Below are positions 30,301 through 45,300 of a stretch of DNA of 64,000 nucleotides, in pieces. Under the pieces are notes generated by a model. The model was not told the origin of the DNA, searched no databases, and saw nothing but the letters and a program-made list of their open reading frames with translations. How positions within the stretch are numbered: the stretch's first letter is position 1; the number at the start of each line of letters is the position of its first letter. The translations under genes and the position numbers were made by a program. Source of the stretch: Perna viridis (lineage: Eukaryota); assembly GCA_037379345.1 (NCBI GenBank), contig CM074517.1, forward strand, positions 24,614,001 to 24,678,000. The letters run 5' to 3'.

Positions 30301-33300
30301 CGAGAAGTACAAAGAAACTGTTTTTTGCCTTTACATAGACTATTGCTAACTCAGTTTGTTTGGATAAGAGTAATCAAGGGAACCAAGGTTATAACGGTAT
30401 TCAAACGAATGTAATCCAAGGACAAAGACCAGATATGGAAAACAGGTATACAAAACAAAGAACATTAAGTAACTAATATAATACATACAGAGTAACAAGA
30501 GCAAATGAGCAACACAGACTCCAGTAAAAACTGGGAGCATGGACCAGGTGCACCGGTAGGGTAAGCGTCCTCTGCTCATATCAGTTGCTCATAAAAAGTC
30601 ATGTCCAGGGTAGACAAACGAGGAAAGGTAAACAATGACCCGTTGAATAAATCAGTTTTCATTGTGCAGCTGGATACACCATAACGATCCACGAGTTCAT
30701 GATGACGACCATAAAACTTCTGTAGTGATGACTTCAATCTTGTAGCAACTTAACCCTGTTTCAGAAACCTATTTGTTAGAGCTCTACCGCGATACAAAAA
30801 GTCTGCGTATTTTCGGCAAGCTCTGGCATAACGTATGAGTTGCGATATGAACACTCCACACGCAGGTACTGAAGGGATGTTGCCACAGATGAAAGGAAAG
30901 TTGACAATTCTGAATGAAGTTACAAAATTGTAGAAACATCGATAATCTTAGAAATGTTTTATCCTGTCAAAATGTATTTTAATCACAATTTTTCTATTAC
31001 AATTTATAAGATATTTACTACTTTTCATATTAATTTTTAATGTGGAAGAATCCTTTAAGAACTATCTAGAATTTTTAGAAGTATATCAACGTTGTAACTT
31101 AAACAAATTAACTATTCTATAAACTATTCGCTACACTGCTCCATCGAATCAAATTGATACAGGGAAGACAACGAAAACTTGAAGAACTTGAAGATGTTGG
31201 AACTGTCAAAGTTATGGTCGTTCTCTCCGCGGGACTCGAACTCGTACCGCTGTATATATATGTATGGATTGTACTTACTAACGAATACCAAATTCTATAT
31301 GCATTTACGATAATTATGTTAAGAGACCGGGATTATGTACCGGCACCTTATGTTTTCCACCAAGCAAACGTACAGATTCAAAGAAAAGAAAAATATTTAC
31401 ATTAATTTATTTAAAAAGCAAAATGAGAAAATGATTCAAAATTACTAATGAAGGTTTTTTTTAGATTCAATTCAAAGCTCAAAATAAAAGAATTTTCTAT
31501 AATATGAAACATTTACATGTAATCAAGTTATTATAAACAAAAACAAATATATAACATCGCTAAATTTGATAGTTGATACAATGAAAGTTAATGTTAATGA
31601 AATGATAATTCACAACAAAAAATTGACTGGGTTGTCTGAGACGAGAATTGAAATTAAAAAATATACATTTAATGAAGTATCTGAATTGTAACTATGAGTC
31701 CAAATAAAGTATCTTAAATTTATTCAAAGATTAAAAGACTTACATCAAAAATAAACAAAATCAATCTAATCATCGTTGAATAGCATTAAAATGTCTGAAA
31801 TGATGATAAATATTTTGATAGAAAACATTGTTTCTTACTTCTCTCGCGTTTTTTAACATATATATATAGAGAGAATAATTACATGACAAGCATACCTGGG
31901 AATTTCTTGCATACTTTAATGACAAGGTTGCTGACTTCGGGAACCTCATCTAGAGACTCAGGTTTAACAACAATGACAACTTTATCTCCAGGAACTTCTC
32001 CTTTGTTGATTTCTGGTAAATCTGCTTCAAAACTACCATCTGGTTTCACCTGTATGGAAATCAAATTGAAATGTCTCCAACTTTTTCTTTTAACAGTACC
32101 ATTTGTACACTTCATTGAATATGAAACAAACGCTTGTACATAACATATTACTTAAAAACAAAGGATTGACGTTTTGCCTTTGAAATGCTAATTTTGTCTT
32201 ACCGATTCATGCAGAAAAATGAATGATTCATAAAAAAAAATATCATTTTCAATAAGGAAAGTTCTTCTTTAAAAATGAAGTTTACCTCGACTGGTGTCTC
32301 AAAGACAGGTTCGTCATTTTCCGTTACAACAATTGTAACTTCATCAACATTGGTGGTGTCACCGGTGACTTCCATGATAGGTAATGGTTTTGGTAGTGAC
32401 ACACCAACTGTTGGCTCATCGTCATCTTCTGTTGGTGTCCATCCGTCAGGTGTCATAGCATTCGGAGCATCTCCGGGGTTAGTAGAACTCACAGGTTCCA
32501 TTTGTGGTACATTAGAAGCTTCAGTTTCATCCTCGATTGGACAAACTTTATAAGCTGAAAAACATGGAAATCGGTTTAATACTCGTTAAAAATATAGGAA
32601 GTCAATATTTTGACTTATTTATTATTAGTTTTAAAGAAATATCTTTAAGCAAATTCTTGTTTGATTATATACTGTTTGAATAACTTACTTCATTTGATAA
32701 AAAAAAAACAGTTACAAAATGTTATTTAACATCCAAAGATTTACGGTTGTTATGTTTATTCTGATTCTAATTATACACTGAACCTGTAGTAGTTGGAGTG
32801 GACACTGGAGTGGATGATGGAGTTGCAGTGGTTGGTACTTTGGTTTCAGGAGATGTCACTGTAGATGCTGTCGTAGATTCTGAAAATTGATGAATTATTA
32901 TACTAAACGAGGATCAACGACAATAACATTATCGTAAAAAAATAGGCGTCGTCATATCATTTATACATAATGTGTATTCACAAAAACAGGAGGATCCCAA
33001 AAGCTTCCATCGCTGACCGGGTAAAATATTTGTTTTTCAAGGTCGATTACTATAACAAGGATTCGTGTGACAAATTTGACTCAATGAAGACTTTGGTAGG
33101 ACTTATCATATGGATAATTTCATCAGTTGAAAGTTACTTCCCGTCTATTATAGTTTTCAAGATATTGGCTGAAAACTACAAATAACATCGTTTTTGCCTT
33201 TCAGGGGCAATAAGTCTACTCACAATTGTCTGAAAATTTTGAGTCAATGCAATCCTTATATAATGGATTATTTCGCCAATCAAATTAGTCTGGCTTAACT

Positions 33301-36300
33301 TAACGGTTAGGGAGGTACATGTGAAAAGCTTCTGACTGACCCCTTTGTTCTCCGTTCAGTTAAAGCTGTCGTTTTTCGATGGATCATAAATGCATATATC
33401 AATTCTATGCTGAATTCCTAAAGGAACATCCATACCAAGTTTGATTCTAATTGTTATGATATTTTCAGAGGGGAAGGTTTTAGAAAGAAATAACAATAAA
33501 AATAGGGAAAAAACGTCGAAAAAGAGCAATAACTCCAACATGGCTTAACAGATTAAAAGAAAACTCTGACCAAAGACTTCCACCGTAAGGATTTAAGAGA
33601 TATATCCAAAAACTTATGTTTAACCCCTATTTTCTATATTTTTGTAACGGCGTCATTGTATTTCGTCAAATAAATAATCGCCATAATATTTCTATATCAA
33701 ATACCCTTAGAACATTCATATCAAGTTCGGTTCTGATTGGTCTATTATTTTCAGAGAAAAAGCTTTCCGAAAGAAAAAAAACCATTAAAAATAGTGAAAA
33801 AAAACATCGAAAAAGAGCAAAAATCTCCAACAGGCTTAAACAATGTAGATAGAAATTGTGACCAGAGATAAATCTCATAATGCGAAACACTTTTACCCAA
33901 TGTCAGAATTTTTCTAAACCTTACGGTTTTTGAGATGTATGCAAAAAATTCTATCCAACCCTATGTTCTATTTGGGATAAAAGCGGCTGTTTTTCGAAAG
34001 ATTGAAATTACCACACAAGTTCTATGCAAATTACCCAAAGGAACATTCATGCCAAGTTTGGTTTGATCAAATATTTTCAGCGAAGGTTTGGAAAAATATC
34101 TAACGACCACAACGACGGACGACCACAACGACGGACGACCACAACAACGACGCCAATGCTGAAAAAAGCCTACTTGGTTTGTCGGCAAGTGAGCTAAAAC
34201 AGCACTCGAATAGTTTGATGTTTATCGTTGATCGCTTATCTAGACAAATGTTCAATTGTTATCTACATACCGATTTTCAAATCTAAAAAAAAAAACAAAC
34301 AAAAAAACAAAAAAAGTTGAATACTGTATGTTATATTCACTAAACATTACAAAGCGATCATCATAAAACCAAGTATATCATATACCAATTTATGATCCAA
34401 TTGTTCAATTCATAATAAAAAACCAATTCATGTCAAAACAAAATTAAGTTTTCACCAGAACAAATCTAAGATGAGGTAATACATTTTGAAACAAACTAAT
34501 GAAGTGTAAACTAAGACTATTTTTGTTAAGTACCTTAAAACATTAAAAATAGAGAAAAATGCCGAAAAAGAGCAATAACTCCAACATGGCTTAACAGATT
34601 AAAAGGAGAAATTAACCAAAGATAGATCTCATCCTTCCACCGTAAGGATTTAGGAGATATATGCAAAAACTTTTGTTTGACCCCTATTTTCTCTTTTTTT
34701 TTATTAACGGCGCCCATGTTTTGTCAAATCAATAATCCTCATACAGTTCTATGTCAAACACCCTAAGGACATTCATACCAAGTAGGGTTCCGATTGGTCA
34801 AGTAGTTTCAGAGGAAAGAATTTTGAAAGAAATCACATTAAAAAGAGTGAAAAAGAAAACGTTGAAAAAGAGCAAAAAACTCCAGCAGACTTAAACAATG
34901 TAGATGGAAATTTTTACCAAATATAAATTTCATAATGCTGAACACTTTTACCCAATGTCAGAATTTTACTAAACCTTACGAGTTTGGAGATTTATGCAAA
35001 AAATTCCGTCTAACCCCTGTGTTCTATTTGTGATTACAGTGGCTATGTTTTTCAAAAGATCGAAATTTGCTACATCATTTCTATGCAGATTACCATAAGA
35101 AACATTAATACCAAGTTTGGTTTTCATTGATCAAGTATTTTCAGAGATGAAGAGTTTGAAAAAGTTTTAACTACGACGACGGACGACGACAACGACAGGC
35201 GCCAAGTGCTGAAATAGCTTACTTGACCTTTCGCCAAGTGAGCTAAAACAGCACTCAAATAGTTTGATGTGTATCGTTGAGCACTTTTCTAGACAAATAT
35301 TCTACTGTTATCAACATACAGGCTTTCAAATCCCCCCAAAAAACAAAATAAGTTGAATACTGTATGTTATAATTCAATGAACATTACAAAGCAATCATCA
35401 TAAAACCATGTATATTATGAACCAAGTTATGACCCAATTGCACAATTCATGATAAAAAACCCAATTCATGTCAAAACAAAATTAAGTTTTAACAAGAACA
35501 AATCTTAATTTAGGGCATGCATTTTGAAACAAACGAATGTTCATGGCGAACAGAATTATTGCCTCCTCTCATCGATGTAGTAATGAAATGTTTACTACGT
35601 CTGTTATTGCTAAGTACCTGGAAATTTCTTGCATACTTTAATGACAAGGTTGCTGACTTCAGGTACCTCATCTGGAGACTCAGGTTTAACAACGATGACA
35701 ACTTTATCTCCAGGAACTTCTCCTTTGTTGATTTCTGGTAAATCTGCTTCAAAACTGCCATCAGGTTTCACCTGTATGGAAATCACATTGAAATGTCTCC
35801 AACTAGTTCGTTCATCAGTGTATCTTATTCAATGATAAACAATCATTTGTCCATGAAACATAATTTCAAAACATAAGTTTGACACTTTTGCCTTTCAAAA
35901 TGCTATAATACTTCAATTTTGTCTAATTGATGCATGTAGAACAATGAAGAGTACATAAAAATATGTCATTTATTTTAATTGTAATGTATTGAAAATAACT
36001 TCTAAAACAGGGCAATTATCTTTTTAAAAAATGAAGTTTACCTCGACTGGTGTCTCAAAGACAGGTTCGTCATTATCAGTTACAACAATGGTAACTTCAT
36101 CAACATTTATGGTGTCACCAGTAACTTCCATGATAGGTAATTGTTCTGGTAATGACACACCAACTGTTGGCTCATTGTCTTCTTCTGTTGGTGTCCATCC
36201 GTCAGGTGTCATGGCATTTGGAGCATCTCCGGGGTTAGTAGAACTCACTGGTTCCATTTGTGGTATATCAGAGGCTTCAGTTTCATCCTCTATTGGACAA

Positions 36301-39300
36301 ACTTTATAAGCTGAAAAAAAGGGAAATCGATTTAATCCTCGTTAAAAATACAGGTGGTCAAGATTTCTACGTTCTAATTAATTTGTTAGCATGACCAATC
36401 AGGATTAGTTGTGTTTAATGCCGTGAAGATGGTAGCAGATCACGTTTTTTTTTACCTTTTCAGGAATAAGATCGTATATTAAAGATTTAACAAAAAAAGG
36501 CATTAGAATGAGGTTCATACTTAAAGTACATTTCCATCAACTATCCCTTTTTGATATCAAAAGAAAGGGAATTTCGCAGTTAATCTATTTGTGTAAAACT
36601 TTTGTATCGTTTGATTTTGCTATTTTCTATCTATATTCAGCTTTTGCAACATTTCCACTGTATTTCAATTTCAAAAGTGAACATATTATTTATTATATGG
36701 CAACTTCTTTGAGCAAATCTTTGTTTGATAATATACTATTTTGAATCACTTATTAAATTTTATTAAAAGGAAAACTATTTCATAATATCATTTCACAACA
36801 TTAGGTGTTTTTATTTTGTTTATTATGTTTAAACTGATATTAGATAAACACTGAACCTGTTGTAGTTGGAGTGGATACTGGAGTGGATGATGGAGTTGCA
36901 GTGGTTGGAACTTCAGTTTCAGGAGAGGTCACTGTAGATGCTGTCGTAGATTCTGTAAATTGAGGAATTATTAAAAGCTAAACGAGGATTAATGACAACT
37001 ACATTGTTGTTAAATAAAGGGTCGTCATAGCATTCATATATAATTTGTATTCATGAAAGAGAGCTCCTGAATTATTTGATGTGTATCGTGGAGCGCTTTT
37101 CAGAACTAATGTTCAACTGCTATCAACATACAGTCTTTTTATCAAATCCTATAATAACGAAAATATTGGATATGTTATCAATCAGTGAACATCACAAATC
37201 AATTATATTTAAACCAAGTATATCTTTAACCAACTTTTGATACAAGTACACAATTATAATAGGAAACTAATTCGTGTCCAAACAAGACAATTCTAACAAC
37301 AACCAGTCTAAAATGAGATTAAACCTTTTGAAACATACATATGTTCATGGCGAACAGAATTAAGTGCCTCTTCTCTTAAATGTAGTAATGAAATGAAAAG
37401 CATGTCTGTTATTGTTAAGTACCTGGGAATTTCTTGCATACTTTAATGACAAGGTTGCTGACTTCGGGAACCTCATCTGGAGACTCCGGTTTAACAACAA
37501 TGACAATTTTATCTCCAGGAACGTCTCCTTTGTTGATTTCTGGTAAATCTGCTTCAAAACTACCATCAGGCTTCACCTATATGGAAATCACATTTTAATG
37601 TCTTCAACTTTTTCTTTCATCAGTGACATTGTTATATCTTATTCAATAATAAACAATCATTTGTCCATGAAACATTTTTTCAAAACATAGTATTGCTATT
37701 TTGCTTTAGAAAATGCTATGGTATCTTCAATTTTGTCTTATCGATGCTTGTGGAAGAATGAATAACACATAAAAAAAATCTGTCATTCATTTTTATAATA
37801 ATGTATTGAAAATAACTTCTAAAAAGAACAATTGTTTTTAAATAAAATAAAGTTTACCTCGACTGGTGTCTCAAAGACAGGTTCGTCATTATCAGTTACA
37901 ACAATGGTAACTTCATCAACATTTGTGGTGTCACCAGTAACTTCCATGATAGGTAATTGTTCTGGTAATGACACACCAACTGTTGGCTCATCGTCATCTT
38001 CTGTTGGTGTCCATCCGTCAGGTGTCATGGCATTTGGAGCATCTCCGGGGTTAGTAGAACTCACAGGTTCCATTTTAGGTATATCAGAGGCTTCAGTTTC
38101 ATCCTCTATTGGACAAACTTTATAAGCTGAAAAAAAGGGAAATCGATTTAATCCTCGTTAAAAATACAGGTGGTCAAGATTTCTACGTTCTAATTAATTT
38201 GTTAGCATGACCAATCAGGATTAGTTGTGTTTAATGCCGTGAAGATGGTAGCAGATCACGTTTTTTTTACCTTTTCAGGAATAAGATCGTATATTAAAGA
38301 TTTAACAAAAAAAGGCATTAGAATGAGGTTCATACTTAAAGTACATTTCCATCAACTATCCCTTTTTGATATCAAAAGAAAGGGAATTTCGCAGTTAATC
38401 TATTTGTGTAAAACTTTTGTATCGTTTGATTTTGCTATTTACTATCTATATTCAGCTTTTGCAACATTTCCACTGCATTTCAATTTCAAAAGTGAACATA
38501 TTATTTATTATATGGCAACTTCTTTGAGCAAATCTTTGTTTGATAATATACTATTTTGAATCACTTATTAAATTTTATTAAAAGGAAAACTATTTCATAA
38601 TATCATTTTACAACATTAGGTGTTTTTATTTTGTTTATTATGTTTAAACTGATATTAGATAAACACTGAACCTGTTGTAGTTGGAGTGGATACTGGAGTG
38701 GATGATGGAGTTGCAGTGGTTGGAACTTCAGTTTCAGGAGTGGTCACTGTAGATGCTGTCGTAGATTCTGTAAATTGAGGAATTATTAAAAGCTAAACGA
38801 GGATTAATGACAACTACATTGTTGTTAAATAAAGGGTCGTCATAGCATTCATATATAATTTGTATTCATGAAAGAGAGCTCCTGAATTATTTGATGTGTA
38901 TCGTGGAGCGCTTTTCAGAACTAATGTTCAACTGCTATCAACATACAGTCTTTTTATCAAATCCTATAATAACGAAAATATTGGATATGTTATCAATCAG
39001 TGAACATCACAAATCAATTATATTTAAACCAAGTATATCTTTAACCAACTTTTGATACAAGTACACAATTATAATAGGAAACTAATTCGTGTCCAAACAA
39101 GACAATTCTAACAACAACCAGTCTAAAATGAGATTAAACCTTTTGAAACATACATATGTTCATGGCGAACAGAATTAAGTGCCTCTTCTCTTAAATGTAG
39201 TAATGAAATGAAAAGCATGTCTGTTATTGTTAAGTACCTGGGAATTTCTTGCATACTTTAATGACAAGGTTGCTGACTTCGGGAACCTCATCTGGAGACT

Positions 39301-42300
39301 CCGGTTTAACAACAATGACAATTTTATCTCCAGGAACGTCTCCTTTGTTGATTTCTGGTAAATCTGCTTCAAAACTACCATCAGGCTTCACCTATATGGA
39401 AATCACATTTTAATGTCTTCAACTTTTTCTTTCATCAGTGACATTGTTATATCTTATTCAATAATAAACAATCATTTGTCCATGAAACATTTTTTCAAAA
39501 CATAGTATTGCTCTTTTGCTTTAGAAAATGCTATGGTATCTTCAATTTTGTCTTATCGATGCTTGTGGAAGAATGAATAACACATAAAAAAAATCTGTCA
39601 TTCATTTTTATAATAATGTATTGAAAATAACTTCTAAAAAGAACAATTGTTTTAAATAAAATAAAGTTTACCTCGACTGGTGTCTCAAAGACAGGTTCGT
39701 CATTATCAGTTACAACAATGGTAACTACATCAACATTTGTGGTGTCACCAGTAACTTCCATGATAGGTAATTGTTCTGGTAATGACACACCAACTGTTGG
39801 CTCATTGTCTTCTTCTGTTGGTGTCCATCCGTCAGGTGTCATGGCATTTGGAGCATCTCCGGGGTTAGTAGAACTCACTGGTTCCATTTGTGGTATATCA
39901 GAGGCTTCAGTTTCATCCTCTATTGGACAAACTTTATAAGCTGAAAATAGGAAAATCGATTTAATCCTCGTTAAAAATACAGGAGGTCAAGATTTCTACG
40001 TTCTAATTAATTTGTTAGCATGGCAAATCCGGATTAGTTGTGTTTAATGCCGTGAAGATGGTAGCAGATCACGTTTTTTTTACCTTTCCAGGAATAAGAT
40101 CGTATATTAAAGATTTAACAAAAAAAGGCATTAGAATGAGGTTTATACTTAAAGTACATTTCCATCAACTATCCCCTTTTGATATCAAAATAAAGGGAAT
40201 TTCGCAGTTAATCTATTTGTGTAAAACTTTTGTATTGTTTGATTTTGCTATTTTCTATCTATTTTCAGCTTTTGCTACATTTCCACTGTATTTCAATTTC
40301 AAAAGTGAACATATTATTTATTATATGGCAACTTCTTTAAGCAAATCCTTGTTTGATAATATACTATTTTGAATCACTTATTAAATTTTATTAAAAGGAA
40401 AACTATTTCACAATATCATTTCACAACATTAGGTGTTCTTATTTTGTTAATTATGTTTAAACTGATATTAGATAAACACTGAACCTGTTGTAGTTGGAGT
40501 GGATACTGGAGTAGATGATGGAGTTGCAGTGGTTGGAACTTCAGTTTCAGGAGAGGTCACTGTAGATGCTGTCGTAGATTCTGTAAATTGAGGAATTATT
40601 AAAAGCTAAACGAGGATTAATGACAACTACATTGTTGTTAAATAAAGGGTTGTCATAGCATTCATATATAATTTGTATTCATGAAAGAGAGCTCCTGAAT
40701 TATTTGATGTGTATCGTGGAGCGCTTTTCAGAACTAATGTTCAACTGCTATCAACATACAGTCTTTTTATCAAATATGTTATCAATCAGTGAACATCACA
40801 AAGCAGTTATATTTAAACCAAGTATATCTTAAACCAAGTTTTGATACAAGTACACAATTATAATAGGAAACTAATTCGTGTCCAAACAAGACAATTCTAA
40901 CAACAACCAGTCTAAAATGAGATTAAACCTTTTGAAACATACAGATGTTCATGGCGAACAGAATTAAGTGCCTCTTCTCTTAAATGTAGTAATGAAATGA
41001 AAAGCATGTCTGTTATTGTTAAGTACCTGGGAATTTCTTGCATACTTTAATGACAAGGTTGCTGACTTCGGGAACCTCATCTGGAGACTCCGGTTTAACA
41101 ACAATGACAATTTTATCTCCAGGAACGTCTCCTTTGTTGATTTCTGGTAAATCTGCTTCAAAACTACCATCAGGCTTCACCTATATGGAAATCACATTTT
41201 AATGTCTTCAACGTTTTCTTTCATCAGTGACATTGTTATATCTTATTCAATAATAAACAATCATTTGTCCATGAAACATTTTTTCAAAACATAGTATTGC
41301 TTTTTTGCTTTAGAAAATGCTATGGTATCTTCAATTTTGTCTTATCGATGCTTGTGGAAGAATGAATAACACATAAAAAAAATCTGTCATTCATTTTTAT
41401 AATAATGTATTGAAAATAACTTCTAAAAAGAACAATTGTTTTTAAATAAAATAAAGTTTACCTCGACTGGTGTCTCAAAGACAGGTTCGTCATTATCAGT
41501 TACAACAATGGTAACTTCATCAACATTTGTGGTGTCACCAGTAACTTCCATGATAGGTAATTGTTCTGGTAATGACACACCAACTGTTGGCTCATCGTCA
41601 TCTTCTGTTGGTGTCCATCCGTCAGGTGTCATGGCATTTGGAGCATCTCCGGGGTTAGTAGAACTCACTGGTTCCATTTGTGGTATATCAGAGGCTTCAG
41701 TTTCATCCTCTATTGGACAAACTTTATAAGCTGAAAATAGGAAAATCGATTTAATCCTCCTTAAAAATACAGGAGGTCAAGATTTCTACGTTCTAATTAA
41801 TTTGTTAGCATGACAAATCAGGATTAGTTGTGTTTAATGCCGTGAAGATGGTAGCAGATTACGTTTTGTAACCTTTCAAGGAATAAGGTTTTATATTAAA
41901 AGATTTAACAAAAAAAAGGCATTAGAATGAGGTTCATACTTAAAGTACATTTCCATCAACTATCCTTTTTTGATATCAAAATAAAGGGAATTTCTCAGTT
42001 AATCTATTTGTGTAAAACTTTTGTATTGTTTGATTTTGCTATTTTCTATCTATTTTCAGCTTTTGCTACATTTCCACTGCATTTCAATTTCAAAAGTGAA
42101 CATATTTTTTATTATATGGCAACTTCTTTAAGCAAATCCTTGTTTGATAATATACTATTTTGAATCACTTATTAAATTTTATTAAAAGGAAAACTATTTC
42201 ACAATATCATTTCACAACATTAGGTGTTCTTATTTTGTTAATTATGTTTAAACTGATATTAGATTAACACTGAACCTGTTGTAGTTGGAGTGGATACTGG

Positions 42301-45300
42301 AGTAGATGATGGAGTTGCAGTGGTTGGAACTTCAGTTTCAGGAGAGGTCACTGTAGATGCTGTCGTAGATTCTGTAAATTGAGGAATTATTAAAAGCTAA
42401 ACGAGGATTAATGACAACTACATTGTTGTTAAATAAAGGGTTGTCATAGCATTCATATATAATTTGTATTCATGAAAGAGAGCTCCTGAATTATTTGATG
42501 TGTATCGTGGAGCGCTTTTCAGAACTAATGTTCAACTGCTATCAACATACAGTCTTTTTTCAAATCCTATAATAACGAAAATATTGAATATGTTATCAAT
42601 CAGTGAACATCACAAATCAGTTATATTTAAACCAAGTATATCTTTACCCAAGTTTTGATACAAGTACACAATTATAATAGGAAACTAATTCGTGTCCAAA
42701 CAAGACAATTCTAACAACAACCAGTCTAAAATGAGATTAAACCTTTTGAAACATACAGATGTTCATGGCGAACAGAATTAAGTGCCTCCTCTCTTAAATG
42801 TAGTAATGAAATGAAAACCATGTCTGTTATTGTTAAGTACCTGGGAATTTCTTGCATACTTTAATGACAAGGTTGCTGACTTCGGGAACCTCATCTGGAG
42901 ACTCCGGTTTAACAACAATGACAATTTTATCTCCAGGAACGTCTCCTTTGTTGATTTCTGGTAAATCTGCTTCAAAACTACCATCAGGCTTCACCTATAT
43001 GGAAATCACATTTTAATGTCTTCAACGTTTTCTTTCATCAGTGACATTGTTATATCTTATTCAATAATAAACAATCATTTGTCCATGAAACATTTTTTTC
43101 AAAACATAGTATTGCTCTTTTGCTTTAGAAAATGCTATGGTATCTTCAATTTTGTCTTATCGATGCTTGTGGAAGAATGAATAACACATAAAAAAAATCT
43201 GTCATTCATTTTTATAATAATGTATTGAAAATAACTTCTAAAAAGAACAATTGTTTTTAAATAAAATAAAGTTTACCTCGACTGGTGTCTCAAAGACAGG
43301 TTCGTCATTATCAGTTACAACAATGGTAACTTCATCAACATTTGTGGTGTCACCAGTAACTTCCATGATAGGTAATTGTTCTGGTAATGACACACCAACT
43401 GTTGGCTCATCGTCATCTTCTGTTGGTGTCCATCCGTCAGGTGTCATGGCATTTGGAGCATCTCCGGGGTTAGTAGAACTCACTGGTTCCATTTGTGGTA
43501 TATCAGAGGCTTCAGTTTCATCCTCTATTGGACAAACTTTATAAGCTGAAAATAGGGAAATCGATTTAATCCTCGTTAAAAATACAGGAGGTCAAGATTT
43601 CTACGTTCTAATTAATTTGTTAGCATGGCAAATCCGGATTAGTTGTGTTTAATGCCGTGAAGATGGTAGCAGATCACGTTTTTTACCTTTCCAGGAATAA
43701 GATTGTATATTAAAGATTTAACAAAAAAAGGCATTAGAATGAGGTTCATACTTAAAGTACATTTCCATCAACTATCCCCTTTTGATATCAAAATAAAGGG
43801 AATTTCGCAGTTAATCTATTTGTGTAAAACTTTTGTATTGTTTGATTTTGCTATTTTCTATCTATTTTCAGCTTTTGCTACATTTCCACTGTATTTCAAT
43901 TTCAAAAGTGAACATATTATTTATTATATGGCAACTTCTTTAAGCAAATCCTTGTTTGATAATATACTATTTTGAATCACTTATTAAATTTTATTAAAAG
44001 GAAAACTATTTCACAATATCATTTTACAACATTAGGTGTTCTTATTTTGTTAATTATGTTTAAACTGATATTAGATAAACACTGAACCTGTTGTAGTTGG
44101 AGTGGATACTGGAGTTGCAGTGGTTGGAACTTCAGTTTCAGGAGTGGTCACTGTAGATGCTGTCGTAGATTCTGTAAATTGAGGAATTATTAAAAGCTAA
44201 ACGAGGATTAATGACAACTACATTGTTGTTAAATAAAGGGTTGTCATAGCATTCATATATAATTTGTATTCATGAAAGAGAGCTCCTGAATTATTTGATG
44301 TGTATCGTGGAGCGCTTTTCAGAACTAATGTTCAACTGCTATCAACATACAGTCTTTTTATCAAATATGTTATCAATCAGTGAACATCACAAAGCAGTTA
44401 TATTTAAACCAAGTATATCTTAAACCAAGTTTTGATACAAGTACACAATTATAATAGGAAACTAATTCGTGTCCAAACAAGACAATTCTAACAACAACCA
44501 GTCTAAAATGAGATTAAACCTTTTGAAACATACAGATGTTCATGGCGAACAGAATTAAGTGCCTCCTCTCTTAAATGTAGTAATGAAATGAAAACCATGT
44601 CTGTTATTGTTAAGTACCTGGGAATTTCTTGCATACTTTAATGACAAGGTTGCTGACTTCGGGAACCTCATCTGGAGACTCCGGTTTAACAACAATGACA
44701 ATTTTATCTCCAGGAACGTCTCCTTTGTTGATTTCTGGTAAATCTGCTTCAAAACTACCATCAGGCTTCACCTATATGGAAATCACATTTTAATGTCTTC
44801 AACGTTTTCTTTCATCAGTGACATTGTTATATCTTATTCAATAATAAACAATCATTTGTCCATGAAACATTTTTTTCAAAACATAGTATTGCTCTTTTGC
44901 TTTAGAAAATGCTATGGTATCTTCAATTTTGTCTTATCGATGCTTGTGGAAGAATGAATAACACATAAAAAAAATCTGTCATTCATTTTTATAATAATGT
45001 ATTGAAAATAACTTCTAAAAAGAACAATTGTTTTTAAATAAAATAAAGTTTACCTCGACTGGTGTCTCAAAGACAGGTTCGTCATTATCAGTTACAACAA
45101 TGGTAACTTCATCAACATTTGTGGTGTCACCAGTAACTTCCATGATAGGTAATTGTTCTGGTAATGACACACCAACTGTTGGCTCATCGTCATCTTCTGT
45201 TGGTGTCCATCCGTCAGGTGTCATGGCATTTGGAGCATCTCCGGGGTTAGTAGAACTCACTGGTTCCATTTGTGGTATATCAGAGGCTTCAGTTTCATCC

